IMG/VR virus record: IMGVR_UViG_2821042281_000001
Coordinates: 1,161-65,160 of that record
DNA length: 64,000 nt
DNA from: a virus
Taxonomy: Duplodnaviria > Caudoviricetes
Strand: one strand, 5' to 3'
Shown here: positions 9,054-17,491 of the stretch, piece by piece
How positions within the stretch are numbered: position 1 is the first letter of the stretch
Layout: every line of letters begins with the position of its first letter
Made by a program: the position numbers and the translations under genes
Notes under the pieces: generated by a model
Told to the model about the DNA's origin: nothing
Seen by the model: only the letters and a program-made list of their open reading frames with translations
Database searches by the model: none

Positions 9054-9913
9054 CCCGCCACCCTCTTCAGCTCGAGCCGGCCGCTCTTCCAAAGCCAGAA
9101 CCCCGCGCCTGCTGCGATCAGCAGAAGCGCGACAGTTGCGAACGCCCATGGGTTCGACACCGCGCCAATAAGGCCAGTGACGAGCGTGCCGCCCGTGCCT
9201 GCGACGATCGTCTGGACGGTCTTATCCTGTAGCAGCGGCACGTCGTCAGGCTTGGCGTCTTCCGCCTTGGTAGGTTTCATTTCGCGAGCTGCCACGAGGC
9301 TGTCGAGGAAGTTGCGGTAGTAACCGGCAATGAGGCTGGCCTTATCGCTGCCGTTGACGATAGCGCGGGCGCCTACAGGGTCTTCCTTGCCGCCGTCGAA
9401 AAAGTCAGCCAGCCTCTTGCCAGTGAACTTGCCGTTGATCATCCCGTCGAACAGGATGCGAATAGCCGTGGCCATCTCCAGCGCGGCGTCGGGGTTATCG
9501 CCAAGGCCGTATTTCTTGTAATTGTCGCGACCGGTGATCATCGCCAAGCCACGACCGCGGTACCGCCAGCCGTCGTTGGCGCCGATGTTGCCCATCCTTC
9601 CGCCATAGACCTTGTTGGCGAGGCCCTGCGGGTTACGCACATAAGGCTGGGCGGCAGCAATAGACGAAAACCGGCTAGGCCACGTCTTCTTTATCTGGGC
9701 GGCGGTCGTGTAATTGAGGTTTTCCTCGATCGGCTGCATCTTGCCGCCAGTCTCATGAAATGCCGTCGCGAGCAGATAAGCCGTCTGCTCGTCCAGCAGG
9801 CCTCGGCGCTCTGCCTCGGCCAGAATTGCCGACGTGCCGTCGACCTGCGCTTGGCTCAAGCGCCCGCCAAAAGGCGCGCGCCTCGCATACGCGAAAAACG
9901 TTGTCTTGTTCAT
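9050..9913 (-). CDS. Endolysin, glycoside hydrolase family 19, with C-terminal hydrophobic segments
   Basis: AFHETGG..EENLNY..YRGRGLAMITGRDNY..IVNG. Confidence 0.92.
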   Translation of the reverse strand: MNKTTFFAYARRAPFGGRLSQAQVDGTSAILAEAERRGLLDEQTAYLLATAFHETGGKMQPIEENLNYTTAAQIKKTWPSRFSSIAAAQPYVRNPQGLANKVYGGRMGNIGANDGWRYRGRGLAMITGRDNYKKYGLGDNPDAALEMATAIRILFDGMINGKFTGKRLADFFDGGKEDPVGARAIVNGSDKASLIAGYYRNFLDSLVAAREMKPTKAEDAKPDDVPLLQDKTVQTIVAGTGGTLVTGLIGAVSNPWAFATVALLLIAAGAGFWLWKSGRLELKRVAG

Positions 9914-10178
9914 GTGGATGTCCTGTGGAGAATAATGGTGCCAGATCCGGCACGGCGGCGCTCACGCCGACGTGTCTTTTCTTTGCCGCTTTTGCGCGGT
10001 ATCAGCCCGGCGCGCTCTCAATGTCGATCTACCCAATCGTTTGACGCGCGGCCCCGGTATGGTCCGTCCAGCCGGGGTTTTTCGTTTCCAGTCTGAAAGA
10101 AAAGCCGCCCCCAAGGACGGCGCTTGCCATGATCGGCCCGTTTGAATTAATTAGCCTGATCTCGAAGGCGGGGGCCAC

Positions 10179-10274
10179 ATGGTTTGGTTTAATGTTTTTC
10201 TGTTTGTGGTAGCGAGCGGCGTTGCCTTGGTGGGCGTCTTGGCGTTCCTCATATCGAAATCGAGCAGGCGATAA
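10179..10274 (+). CDS. 31-aa single-TM peptide (not in ORF track)
   Basis: MVWFNVFLFVVASGVALVGVLAFLISKSSRR, followed by TAA TAG TGA. Confidence 0.5.
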   Translation: MVWFNVFLFVVASGVALVGVLAFLISKSSRR

Positions 10275-10554
10275 TAGTGACTTGGCCGTACAGCAGGCGG
10301 TAGACTTCTCTAGGGAAATGCTTGGTGAAATGGCTGCGGTTCGTGATGAGTATCAGGACATACTAAACTGATATAAAGGCGGAGGCGTTGAAACTAAAAG
10401 CTAGGGCCCGTCCCATTCTTGACGTATCGGCGCCTATTGGCGCAGGCTTTAATAAGCAGTAGCATCCACCCGCACAGCCCGCGTAACAAGGCCTTGACGA
10501 AGAGAGCCCGCTCAATAAGCGGAGCGCTTCCTCTTAACTGGCTCCATATACCAC

Positions 10555-11304
10555 TCACTCAACCACAGCTTCGTGAGACGCCACAGCTTTCGTATAAGCG
10601 ATCAAATCTGCATCGTCATACTCAAACTCGTAACCGTAATATTGAAGCTTTGATTGAATTTCTGAGAGTTCTTTGTTTGACATAAGCATGCTCTCCGCAA
10701 AAATTACCTCAGGATGAAATTTGTCCAAGTCCATGGCGGATAGTATCGTATAGTCATGCCCCTCGCAGTCACTTAAATATACATCGTAATCCTCGCAATG
10801 GGATTCCCTTACAAATTTATTCACTTCTACTACAGAAACACTTCTTTCAATAGTTTTTTCTTGTATCTTAAGAAAATTATCTTCTGATATTAATATTCCG
10901 TCTATCGCGTTTCGATTGCGCTCCAAGGTAGATATTCCCACTGCCCACTCTGGTACGGTTTTATTCAAGATTGCCTCAGGGTCGACCAATCGAATATTGG
11001 ATATTCCATTGTGATCTGAAATCGCCACATTGAAAAATCTAGCCCCCGGGATATGCTGATAGTTTTTTACGAGCAAATCAAAGTATTCAACGATTGGCTC
11101 TACAAAAACCCCAGACACGCCTTTGTGAGTAGAAATAAACCTGAATAACGGGTCGAACCTTTTCCCATCGCACGCTCCGACCTGAAGAACGCGCACAGAT
11201 TGATTTCTTGACTCATACAGCCGTTCTATGCATTGAAGAAGGCGGGCAGTTGATGGTCGCAACTCGGTGGGCAAAATAGCTCTCCGTTGTTCTGGAATTG
11301 TCAA
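10555..11304 (-). CDS. FkbM family methyltransferase
   Basis: LQVGACDG, VFVEP, NVAISD, SDCEGHDY. Confidence 0.85.
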   Translation of the reverse strand: MTIPEQRRAILPTELRPSTARLLQCIERLYESRNQSVRVLQVGACDGKRFDPLFRFISTHKGVSGVFVEPIVEYFDLLVKNYQHIPGARFFNVAISDHNGISNIRLVDPEAILNKTVPEWAVGISTLERNRNAIDGILISEDNFLKIQEKTIERSVSVVEVNKFVRESHCEDYDVYLSDCEGHDYTILSAMDLDKFHPEVIFAESMLMSNKELSEIQSKLQYYGYEFEYDDADLIAYTKAVASHEAVVE

Positions 11305-12977
11305 TCTTGGTTGTTATTGGGCTGGGGATACCAGAATTGTCTATTTTAAAGGCGATTATCAAGCGCTACGCGAAGCGGATTGATAGCGAATCATCGCAAC
11401 AGCAGCAGAGCCATTTCGGCACGCCAGATATAACCACTCCACAACCTTACCATACCTCGGAAGCCGTAGTCTTTCAGCAAACGCATTCCGGTTTCGAAAT
11501 CGATGGGCAACTTTACAAATTTAGTGTTCGCCCCTCGGAGAGTGTTAATGTTGAAGTTAGCTCGTTTTTAGTTGGTGATTTCGAGATGGTTGCCGACCCA
11601 TCACGAGCGGCCCTCGCAGCATTTCGTTTTGTCGATACCGAAGGCAATACTGTATTCCCTCTCGATAGCACCCCTATCAGCCCCGCGGTAGGGCCTTATA
11701 TTTATCTCTCTGGCGACAGCGGCACTCCTAAAACAACTCAAGTGGTTCTCCAAGTCCCCCCTAACGCTAACAGTCTCGAAATTACGTTGAAAAAATGGCG
11801 GAAAGAATTAATCGCTTACGCCAGCCACCCACCTATTGTTTCAATTTTGGAAGGCGCAACTCACGATTCTCAAATTGACCACGTTAGCTCCGCGTTGTCC
11901 GCGCTGGGTGCAGATGACAATCTAACCGTGATCTACAGTACCTCCCCCCTGATGTCGCACCCCTCATTAGGATTACGTCCGAACCGCCTGGCTCGGGAGA
12001 TGGAGAGACGCGGACATACCGTCTTCTTCCTGCCTTTCGGGCGCGTCGCTAATAGCGAAATCCGATACTCAGAGAAGATTTGGCAGTTCCCAAGGGATAT
12101 CCTGCCAGAGATTTTTGACGCGATCGCTGCTTCGAAGCACGGTAACGTCACATTTATTTGCAGTTCGTTTCCAGATATTCAAGCTGTTTGCGCAATTGAT
12201 TTAGCGAATACCTATGGCTGGCGTACGCTGTACGAAGTACGCGACGATATGGAAGAGTTTAACCGCGTCGGTTACTCCAAATGGTACCGGGCGAGACTGG
12301 AAAATTATGTTTGTCGCAAAGCAAAGTACATTACCACAGTCAGCCCTCGATTAGCTACAAAGATGATCGAGAACGGGGCGGAGCCGCAGAAGGTAATGGT
12401 AATACCTAACGGGGTTGAGGCAGGTTTTGTTCAGTCGACAGAAAAGCTGAGATCATTAGACACGCTTAACAGTCGCCGATCGTCTTCCATAATCGGTTAC
12501 ATCGGCCACCTGACCCCATCTTGGTTCGATTGGAGCCTGATAATAAGCACTGCGGTTCATAGGCCGGAATGGACATTTGAGATCATCGGTCACGGCGCTC
12601 CAGGTAATCTCGACCTACCCCAGAATGTCATTCTTCTGGGGCCAAAGACCCACGAGGAATTCATTGAAATTAGCCGGAGATGGCGGATCGGTATGATACC
12701 GTTTAAACCATCGAAGCTTACTTACGGTGTCGATCCTAACAAGCTCTACGAGTATCTCGCCGTCGGATTGCCGGTGATTAGCGCGCCTATGGGCAGCGTA
12801 GATGCAAGCCCTTTAACGTTCGTTTATCAATCGAGATCAGAATTTTCCCAAGGAATTGAGTATCTGTTTAACCAACGGTACGATCACGGCACCGCTCGAG
12901 ATTTGAATCAATATATTGATAATAGTAAATGGGTGTCTCGCCTTGATGCAACTTTGAAATTCATTCAGGTGGCATAG
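11298..12977 (+). CDS. GT-B glycosyltransferase (GT4-like) with extra N-terminal domain; start uncertain
   Basis: VIPNGV, IGYIGHL, PNKLYEYLAVGLPVIS. Confidence 0.85.
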   Translation: MSILVVIGLGIPELSILKAIIKRYAKRIDSESSQQQQSHFGTPDITTPQPYHTSEAVVFQQTHSGFEIDGQLYKFSVRPSESVNVEVSSFLVGDFEMVADPSRAALAAFRFVDTEGNTVFPLDSTPISPAVGPYIYLSGDSGTPKTTQVVLQVPPNANSLEITLKKWRKELIAYASHPPIVSILEGATHDSQIDHVSSALSALGADDNLTVIYSTSPLMSHPSLGLRPNRLAREMERRGHTVFFLPFGRVANSEIRYSEKIWQFPRDILPEIFDAIAASKHGNVTFICSSFPDIQAVCAIDLANTYGWRTLYEVRDDMEEFNRVGYSKWYRARLENYVCRKAKYITTVSPRLATKMIENGAEPQKVMVIPNGVEAGFVQSTEKLRSLDTLNSRRSSSIIGYIGHLTPSWFDWSLIISTAVHRPEWTFEIIGHGAPGNLDLPQNVILLGPKTHEEFIEISRRWRIGMIPFKPSKLTYGVDPNKLYEYLAVGLPVISAPMGSVDASPLTFVYQSRSEFSQGIEYLFNQRYDHGTARDLNQYIDNSKWVSRLDATLKFIQVA

Positions 12978-12982
12978 AATAA

Positions 12983-13960
12983 ATGTCTAAGATACTATCG
13001 ATCTATGTAAATTGCAGTCGCGGTGGAATGGGGACAGTGTATCTCAACCGCGCACTGAATAATCCTGGCGAACACCACACTCTAATTTTCGTTAGTGACA
13101 GGGGTGGATACCATCTGTTCACTGGTTATACAAATATCGATGTGCGCATCATCAGGAAAGACAGGTTGAAATCCTACATCGCATATCTTACGGTCAATTT
13201 TCCATTTGATGAGATCAGGATCACCTCTCTTCCAGAAGTAGTTGAACCTATTTCAAAGCGATTCAATCCTAAAATTGTTTACGAATTTCATACGTCTGTC
13301 CCCGAGATTGTATCTTCCGAACTGACTAAGTTTGACATTGCAAACATTAACTCGATATACGTCCCCAGCGAATTTTCGAGGCAAATGCTGCTTGAGCAAC
13401 TTCCACCAGAAGTAAACAGCCTAGTAGAAGTGCGGGCGAATCAACTCAATACCAACAACATTGACTACCAACCAAGAGATAATTTTCTGTTTTCCAACCA
13501 GATTCCGATACTATGGATCGGTAGATTTGATGCTGGGAAGAATGCTCGGGATTTCCTGAGAATTCTGTCGCAACTGCCAGAGTTATACATCGGTATTGTT
13601 GTGGTAAGCTTGGAGAGCGATCCGAGCAGGCTTGATGATTTTTTGTCGGATGCGTTCGCTTACGGGGTCGAAGACCGAGTCAAAGTGTATTTGAATTTGT
13701 CCCATGAACAAGTTTTCAGTTTATATAACTCAGTCGCTCGCCATAATGGTTATTATTGCAGTACATCATTAAATGAATCGTTCGGCTTCACAGTAGTGGA
13801 GGCCGCAACGCATGGACTTCGGGTGGTCGGATATGATGTTGGTGCTCTGAGTGAGCATCAGAGCAATCTGATTACTCTGTTTCCAGTAGGAGATAATCAA
13901 TCTATCGTGAACCATATACTGGAAACATCTGGCCAAACGCGCGAACCGCTATACGCTTGA
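12983..13960 (+). CDS. GT4 family glycosyltransferase
   Basis: LWIGRFDAGKN, NESFGFTVVEAATHGLRVVGYDVG. Confidence 0.9.
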   Translation: MSKILSIYVNCSRGGMGTVYLNRALNNPGEHHTLIFVSDRGGYHLFTGYTNIDVRIIRKDRLKSYIAYLTVNFPFDEIRITSLPEVVEPISKRFNPKIVYEFHTSVPEIVSSELTKFDIANINSIYVPSEFSRQMLLEQLPPEVNSLVEVRANQLNTNNIDYQPRDNFLFSNQIPILWIGRFDAGKNARDFLRILSQLPELYIGIVVVSLESDPSRLDDFLSDAFAYGVEDRVKVYLNLSHEQVFSLYNSVARHNGYYCSTSLNESFGFTVVEAATHGLRVVGYDVGALSEHQSNLITLFPVGDNQSIVNHILETSGQTREPLYA

Positions 13961-14014
13961 GTCTCTGAGAGAGGCACATTCCATGTGCCTTAGTATTATG
14001 TTCAGCTATCGCGT

Positions 14015-14398
14015 TCAAGCGAACGCCGCGTCGATCTGCTCGACGGTGGTTATGGTGCCGGCCTCGATGTCGGCTTGCACCTGCGCTTCGAGAGCGAAGC
14101 AAGCCGAGACATGGGCCAGAACGGCATTGCTGATCGCGATGACGGCCGGCGCGTCGATTGTGACGAACACGCCGCCGGATTTCCATCGCGTAGTGAAGCC
14201 GGGATCGGCTTCCGCCGCCAAGCGCGCGCCCGAAATCATCATCTTGGACCGATCATCCGTGGCGACGGTCAAGCCATTTATCTCGATCCCGCCGACTTCC
14301 TTTTCCCAGCGCTTCTGCGCGACGTGGGCGACCAAAGCCGCCTTCGCCTCGGCCTGTCGCATTTCAGACGTGATCATCAGGGCTTTATTGAGCGGCAT
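14015..14398 (-). CDS. DUF4376-type tail fibre assembly protein
   Basis: KRWEKEVGGI..TDDRSK..WK..HVSACFALE. Confidence 0.75.
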   Translation of the reverse strand: MPLNKALMITSEMRQAEAKAALVAHVAQKRWEKEVGGIEINGLTVATDDRSKMMISGARLAAEADPGFTTRWKSGGVFVTIDAPAVIAISNAVLAHVSACFALEAQVQADIEAGTITTVEQIDAAFA

Positions 14399-14753
14399 CG
14401 TCTTCACCTTCTGCGATGGGGTCTGCTTCGGGCATCGGCAATTCTTCGGGCGGCGGTGGATAGCGGCCCTCTGGCAGCGCAATCGGCCCGTCGCTTGTTA
14501 CCGTGATCGGTTCCGGCGTCACAAATTCGCCAGCAAGATCATACGGCAATGCCACGGTTATCCGTATCTCATCGCCTTTCCGACTGACACCACCGAACAC
14601 GGCATCGATCTCCAACGCCTCGGGCGGATACGCGCCACCATCCGGCAAATCGGTAAAATCCAGCTCATCGCCATTGATGATCAGAACGTCGCCCCGCTTT
14701 TCGATCGCGAGATCGACAGGGGAGATATGGGGAAGAAAGGAAATCTTGAACAT
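14385..14753 (-). CDS. Tail-fibre-associated protein
   Basis: GDVLIINGDELDFTDLPDGG; coupled to fibre gene. Confidence 0.7.
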   Translation of the reverse strand: MFKISFLPHISPVDLAIEKRGDVLIINGDELDFTDLPDGGAYPPEALEIDAVFGGVSRKGDEIRITVALPYDLAGEFVTPEPITVTSDGPIALPEGRYPPPPEELPMPEADPIAEGEDDAAQ

Positions 14754-15880
14754 CAGTACCACCTACCTTGCGCGACTAGTCGGCAGGTCAAAGAACCGGA
14801 GAATGAGAACGGGAGGAAAAACGCGATGTTGCCAGTTGTGGCAGTGCCAGTCCCCACAGCGGACCAAGCATTATTGGCGTTCGTCGCTCCATCGACATAA
14901 GGCGCTTCCGAGAACGCCGCCGGATAGAGCCAGTCAATCTGGGCGCTTTTGTAGACGGAACCTATTGCGGCAAAGCCGGAGGCGGCAACGCCCGCCCGAT
15001 AACAGAGTTGTGTGCCATCAGGTAGCCGAATGTAGAATCCATTGACATTCGAGCCGTAGGTGGGCGTCAGAAGCCGCCATGGACCCCATATACCCGCACC
15101 AGACCGTACCCGCATATAGATAATAGGGTCCTGACTGCCGGCAATCGGATACTGCGTTGCGATCTGCCGCAGGCCAGCGGATGATCCGGTGTACATACGC
15201 TGTGTCTCTACCCACCACAGACCGGAACCGGGGAAATTCGACCCACCATTATTTGCGTACAGGCCTCGTGTCCCTGGCGTCAGCGTGTTCAGATCGACGG
15301 CACCCGTCGAGTAAGCGCCAAAGCTGTCTTGCAGCATGTCCGCAATAGCGTTTCCGGTCAGCCCCAGCGTGCCAAGCATCGTAGCAGCGTCGTTATCATC
15401 CAGCAATGAGCGGGCAAATGCGGTCAAACCAGTCGCCGCCATACCATTGACGCCCGTAAAATACGGCATGGTATTTGCTGCACCGGCAACTGCATCCATA
15501 CTGCCAGCGCCGGTAAAGTACGGTAGCGTCTTGGTCGCCCCCGCCAATCCCGCCAACGCTTGGAGATTACCATTTCCGAGTAATTCAATGAGTGTCGTCG
15601 TCTGGGCGGTCACACGCGCACCATCCGGCATGAAGCGCATGCGATATGCAAACGTTCCAGACGGCCCCGGCCAAGGTTCGGTGAAAGTGCCAGCCGTATT
15701 AGAGGCAATACGAGGGTCCGCAGCCGAAGCAGCGGCGATGATCGCCGTGTATCCTTTCAGTTGCACAGTATCGCCCTCGCGGAACTGCGCAGTTCTCCAA
15801 AGAGTATTTGTGCCAGTGAAGTTCACTGAATTTTGGGTAACAGTGATCGTTCCCGACGTGTAGTCGGACAAAGTGGCCAT
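14753..15880 (-). CDS. Tail fibre / receptor-binding protein
   Basis: PYFTG repeats, WGPW, SNVNGFYIRLPDGTQLC..VAQGRWY end. Confidence 0.85.
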   Translation of the reverse strand: MATLSDYTSGTITVTQNSVNFTGTNTLWRTAQFREGDTVQLKGYTAIIAAASAADPRIASNTAGTFTEPWPGPSGTFAYRMRFMPDGARVTAQTTTLIELLGNGNLQALAGLAGATKTLPYFTGAGSMDAVAGAANTMPYFTGVNGMAATGLTAFARSLLDDNDAATMLGTLGLTGNAIADMLQDSFGAYSTGAVDLNTLTPGTRGLYANNGGSNFPGSGLWWVETQRMYTGSSAGLRQIATQYPIAGSQDPIIYMRVRSGAGIWGPWRLLTPTYGSNVNGFYIRLPDGTQLCYRAGVAASGFAAIGSVYKSAQIDWLYPAAFSEAPYVDGATNANNAWSAVGTGTATTGNIAFFLPFSFSGSLTCRLVAQGRWY

Positions 15881-15898
15881 AGATTTTCTCCTGGAAAC

Positions 15899-17491
15899 TT
15901 AAAGCGTCGTGGCGCTGAGAATGTAGTAACGGACGCCTACCGGGTCTGGCAGATTGTACATAAAGCTACCCGTTGAGGTGTCGATGGTCGTCGGAGCGCC
16001 GGGACTGATGTGAATGACAATCCGATTGGTTTCGACAACTGTCACACATGATTGGTTTGTCGGTCGCCAAGCGTTGGTTCCCGGCAGACGCACATACTGG
16101 TGAAAACCCTGTGTGATCCGTTCCGGCCAGTTACACATCACCTTGGGAAAGATGAACTGTCCCGAGCCGTCGAAGTTCACGATTGCCGCGTGTGACCCAT
16201 ACTGACTATCGACCACGTTGGCGGTCGAAAACGCTTCGATAGGTAACCAGTCTTCCTTCATCACCCGCATTGAGGGAAAGCGGGTATCGACAAGGATGTC
16301 ATTGCCAGTCGGGTTCGCGTCGCTCGATCCTGGCCTCTTGATCTGGACGCCACCGTTATCCAGCCTGCGCAAGGTGCTGCCACCGCCGGAAGAAAAACCG
16401 TCGGTGCTGGTCGCATAAACCATGTAACGGACATATACGGCATAATCGCCTTCGACACTGAAGGTTATGCCGTTCGGGTCGATCTTGTAGAAGACCTTCA
16501 TCTGCCGCCCGGTCTTGTTGGCCGTTCGATCCACAGCCGGGATGGTAAAATCCAACCCCTGCAATGCCACGATTGTGTCAACGAACATTGTTTCGTGCAG
16601 AGGAAAGTCGGTCGTGCGCGGCACGTAAACCGAAGTGTTTGCCGCTATAAGGGCGGTTTGCCCCATCATGACGCACATATTCGGAACGCGGGTGCTGGTG
16701 AATATGCACTGCCGAGCGGTAGCGGTATCGACCGTAAATCCCCGTCGTGTGAGAATTGCGACCGATGGATTGATCCGAAGCATATCCTGTCCGGCAACTG
16801 GCGTTGCATCCGGTGCGGGGATAGCGGCGTTGTTTGCGGGCAAGTCCCATTGGCAGGTCAATGCCCGGTAATAGCCGCCACTATCGGAATTGCTCAGTGC
16901 GCAAATATATGGTCCCTCGTTATTGGTGATGCGCCCGACCCAGCCCGTATAGCCAAGGTCGGGATGAATGCTTCTGAACCCTCGGATATTGTTACCTCCC
17001 GGCCCGGTTGCGCCAGGGGTCGCGTAGCAGATGTCAGAATTATAGGCGCGAACCGTTTGAACGCGGTCCTTATTGCCCGATGGGCTATCGATGTGACCAA
17101 CACGCACTCGCCCAAAGGTGTCCATCAGCTTCGCCTCATAAATCGGTACGATTGGCATGTCCGGAAAGCGGGGGAATATCTCGTAAGACAGAAAGTAATC
17201 GCTGCCGCTCACTGTCTGATTTACTAACGCCCGCCTTGCCTGCGAAGCAGACGCGCCTTCAATCACATAGAGATTGCCGTTTACACCAGTAGAACCGGGG
17301 TAAACACCCGGATTGAAACCCGTCGAAAAATAGAACTTGTCCCAGATATAGGACAGGTTCTGTGTCTCGGAGTTGAAATAGAAGCGATTGTAAGCCGAGT
17401 TTGCGAGTGTCAGCGGATCGTCCGTATCGTACTTGAGGATTTTCAGGACCGATCCGACGCCCGGTTTCCATCCCATAAAAAACAAGCCCAT
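15899..17491 (-). CDS. Minor tail protein
   Basis: Between central fibre and side fibre; beta-rich. Confidence 0.7.
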   Translation of the reverse strand: MGLFFMGWKPGVGSVLKILKYDTDDPLTLANSAYNRFYFNSETQNLSYIWDKFYFSTGFNPGVYPGSTGVNGNLYVIEGASASQARRALVNQTVSGSDYFLSYEIFPRFPDMPIVPIYEAKLMDTFGRVRVGHIDSPSGNKDRVQTVRAYNSDICYATPGATGPGGNNIRGFRSIHPDLGYTGWVGRITNNEGPYICALSNSDSGGYYRALTCQWDLPANNAAIPAPDATPVAGQDMLRINPSVAILTRRGFTVDTATARQCIFTSTRVPNMCVMMGQTALIAANTSVYVPRTTDFPLHETMFVDTIVALQGLDFTIPAVDRTANKTGRQMKVFYKIDPNGITFSVEGDYAVYVRYMVYATSTDGFSSGGGSTLRRLDNGGVQIKRPGSSDANPTGNDILVDTRFPSMRVMKEDWLPIEAFSTANVVDSQYGSHAAIVNFDGSGQFIFPKVMCNWPERITQGFHQYVRLPGTNAWRPTNQSCVTVVETNRIVIHISPGAPTTIDTSTGSFMYNLPDPVGVRYYILSATTL

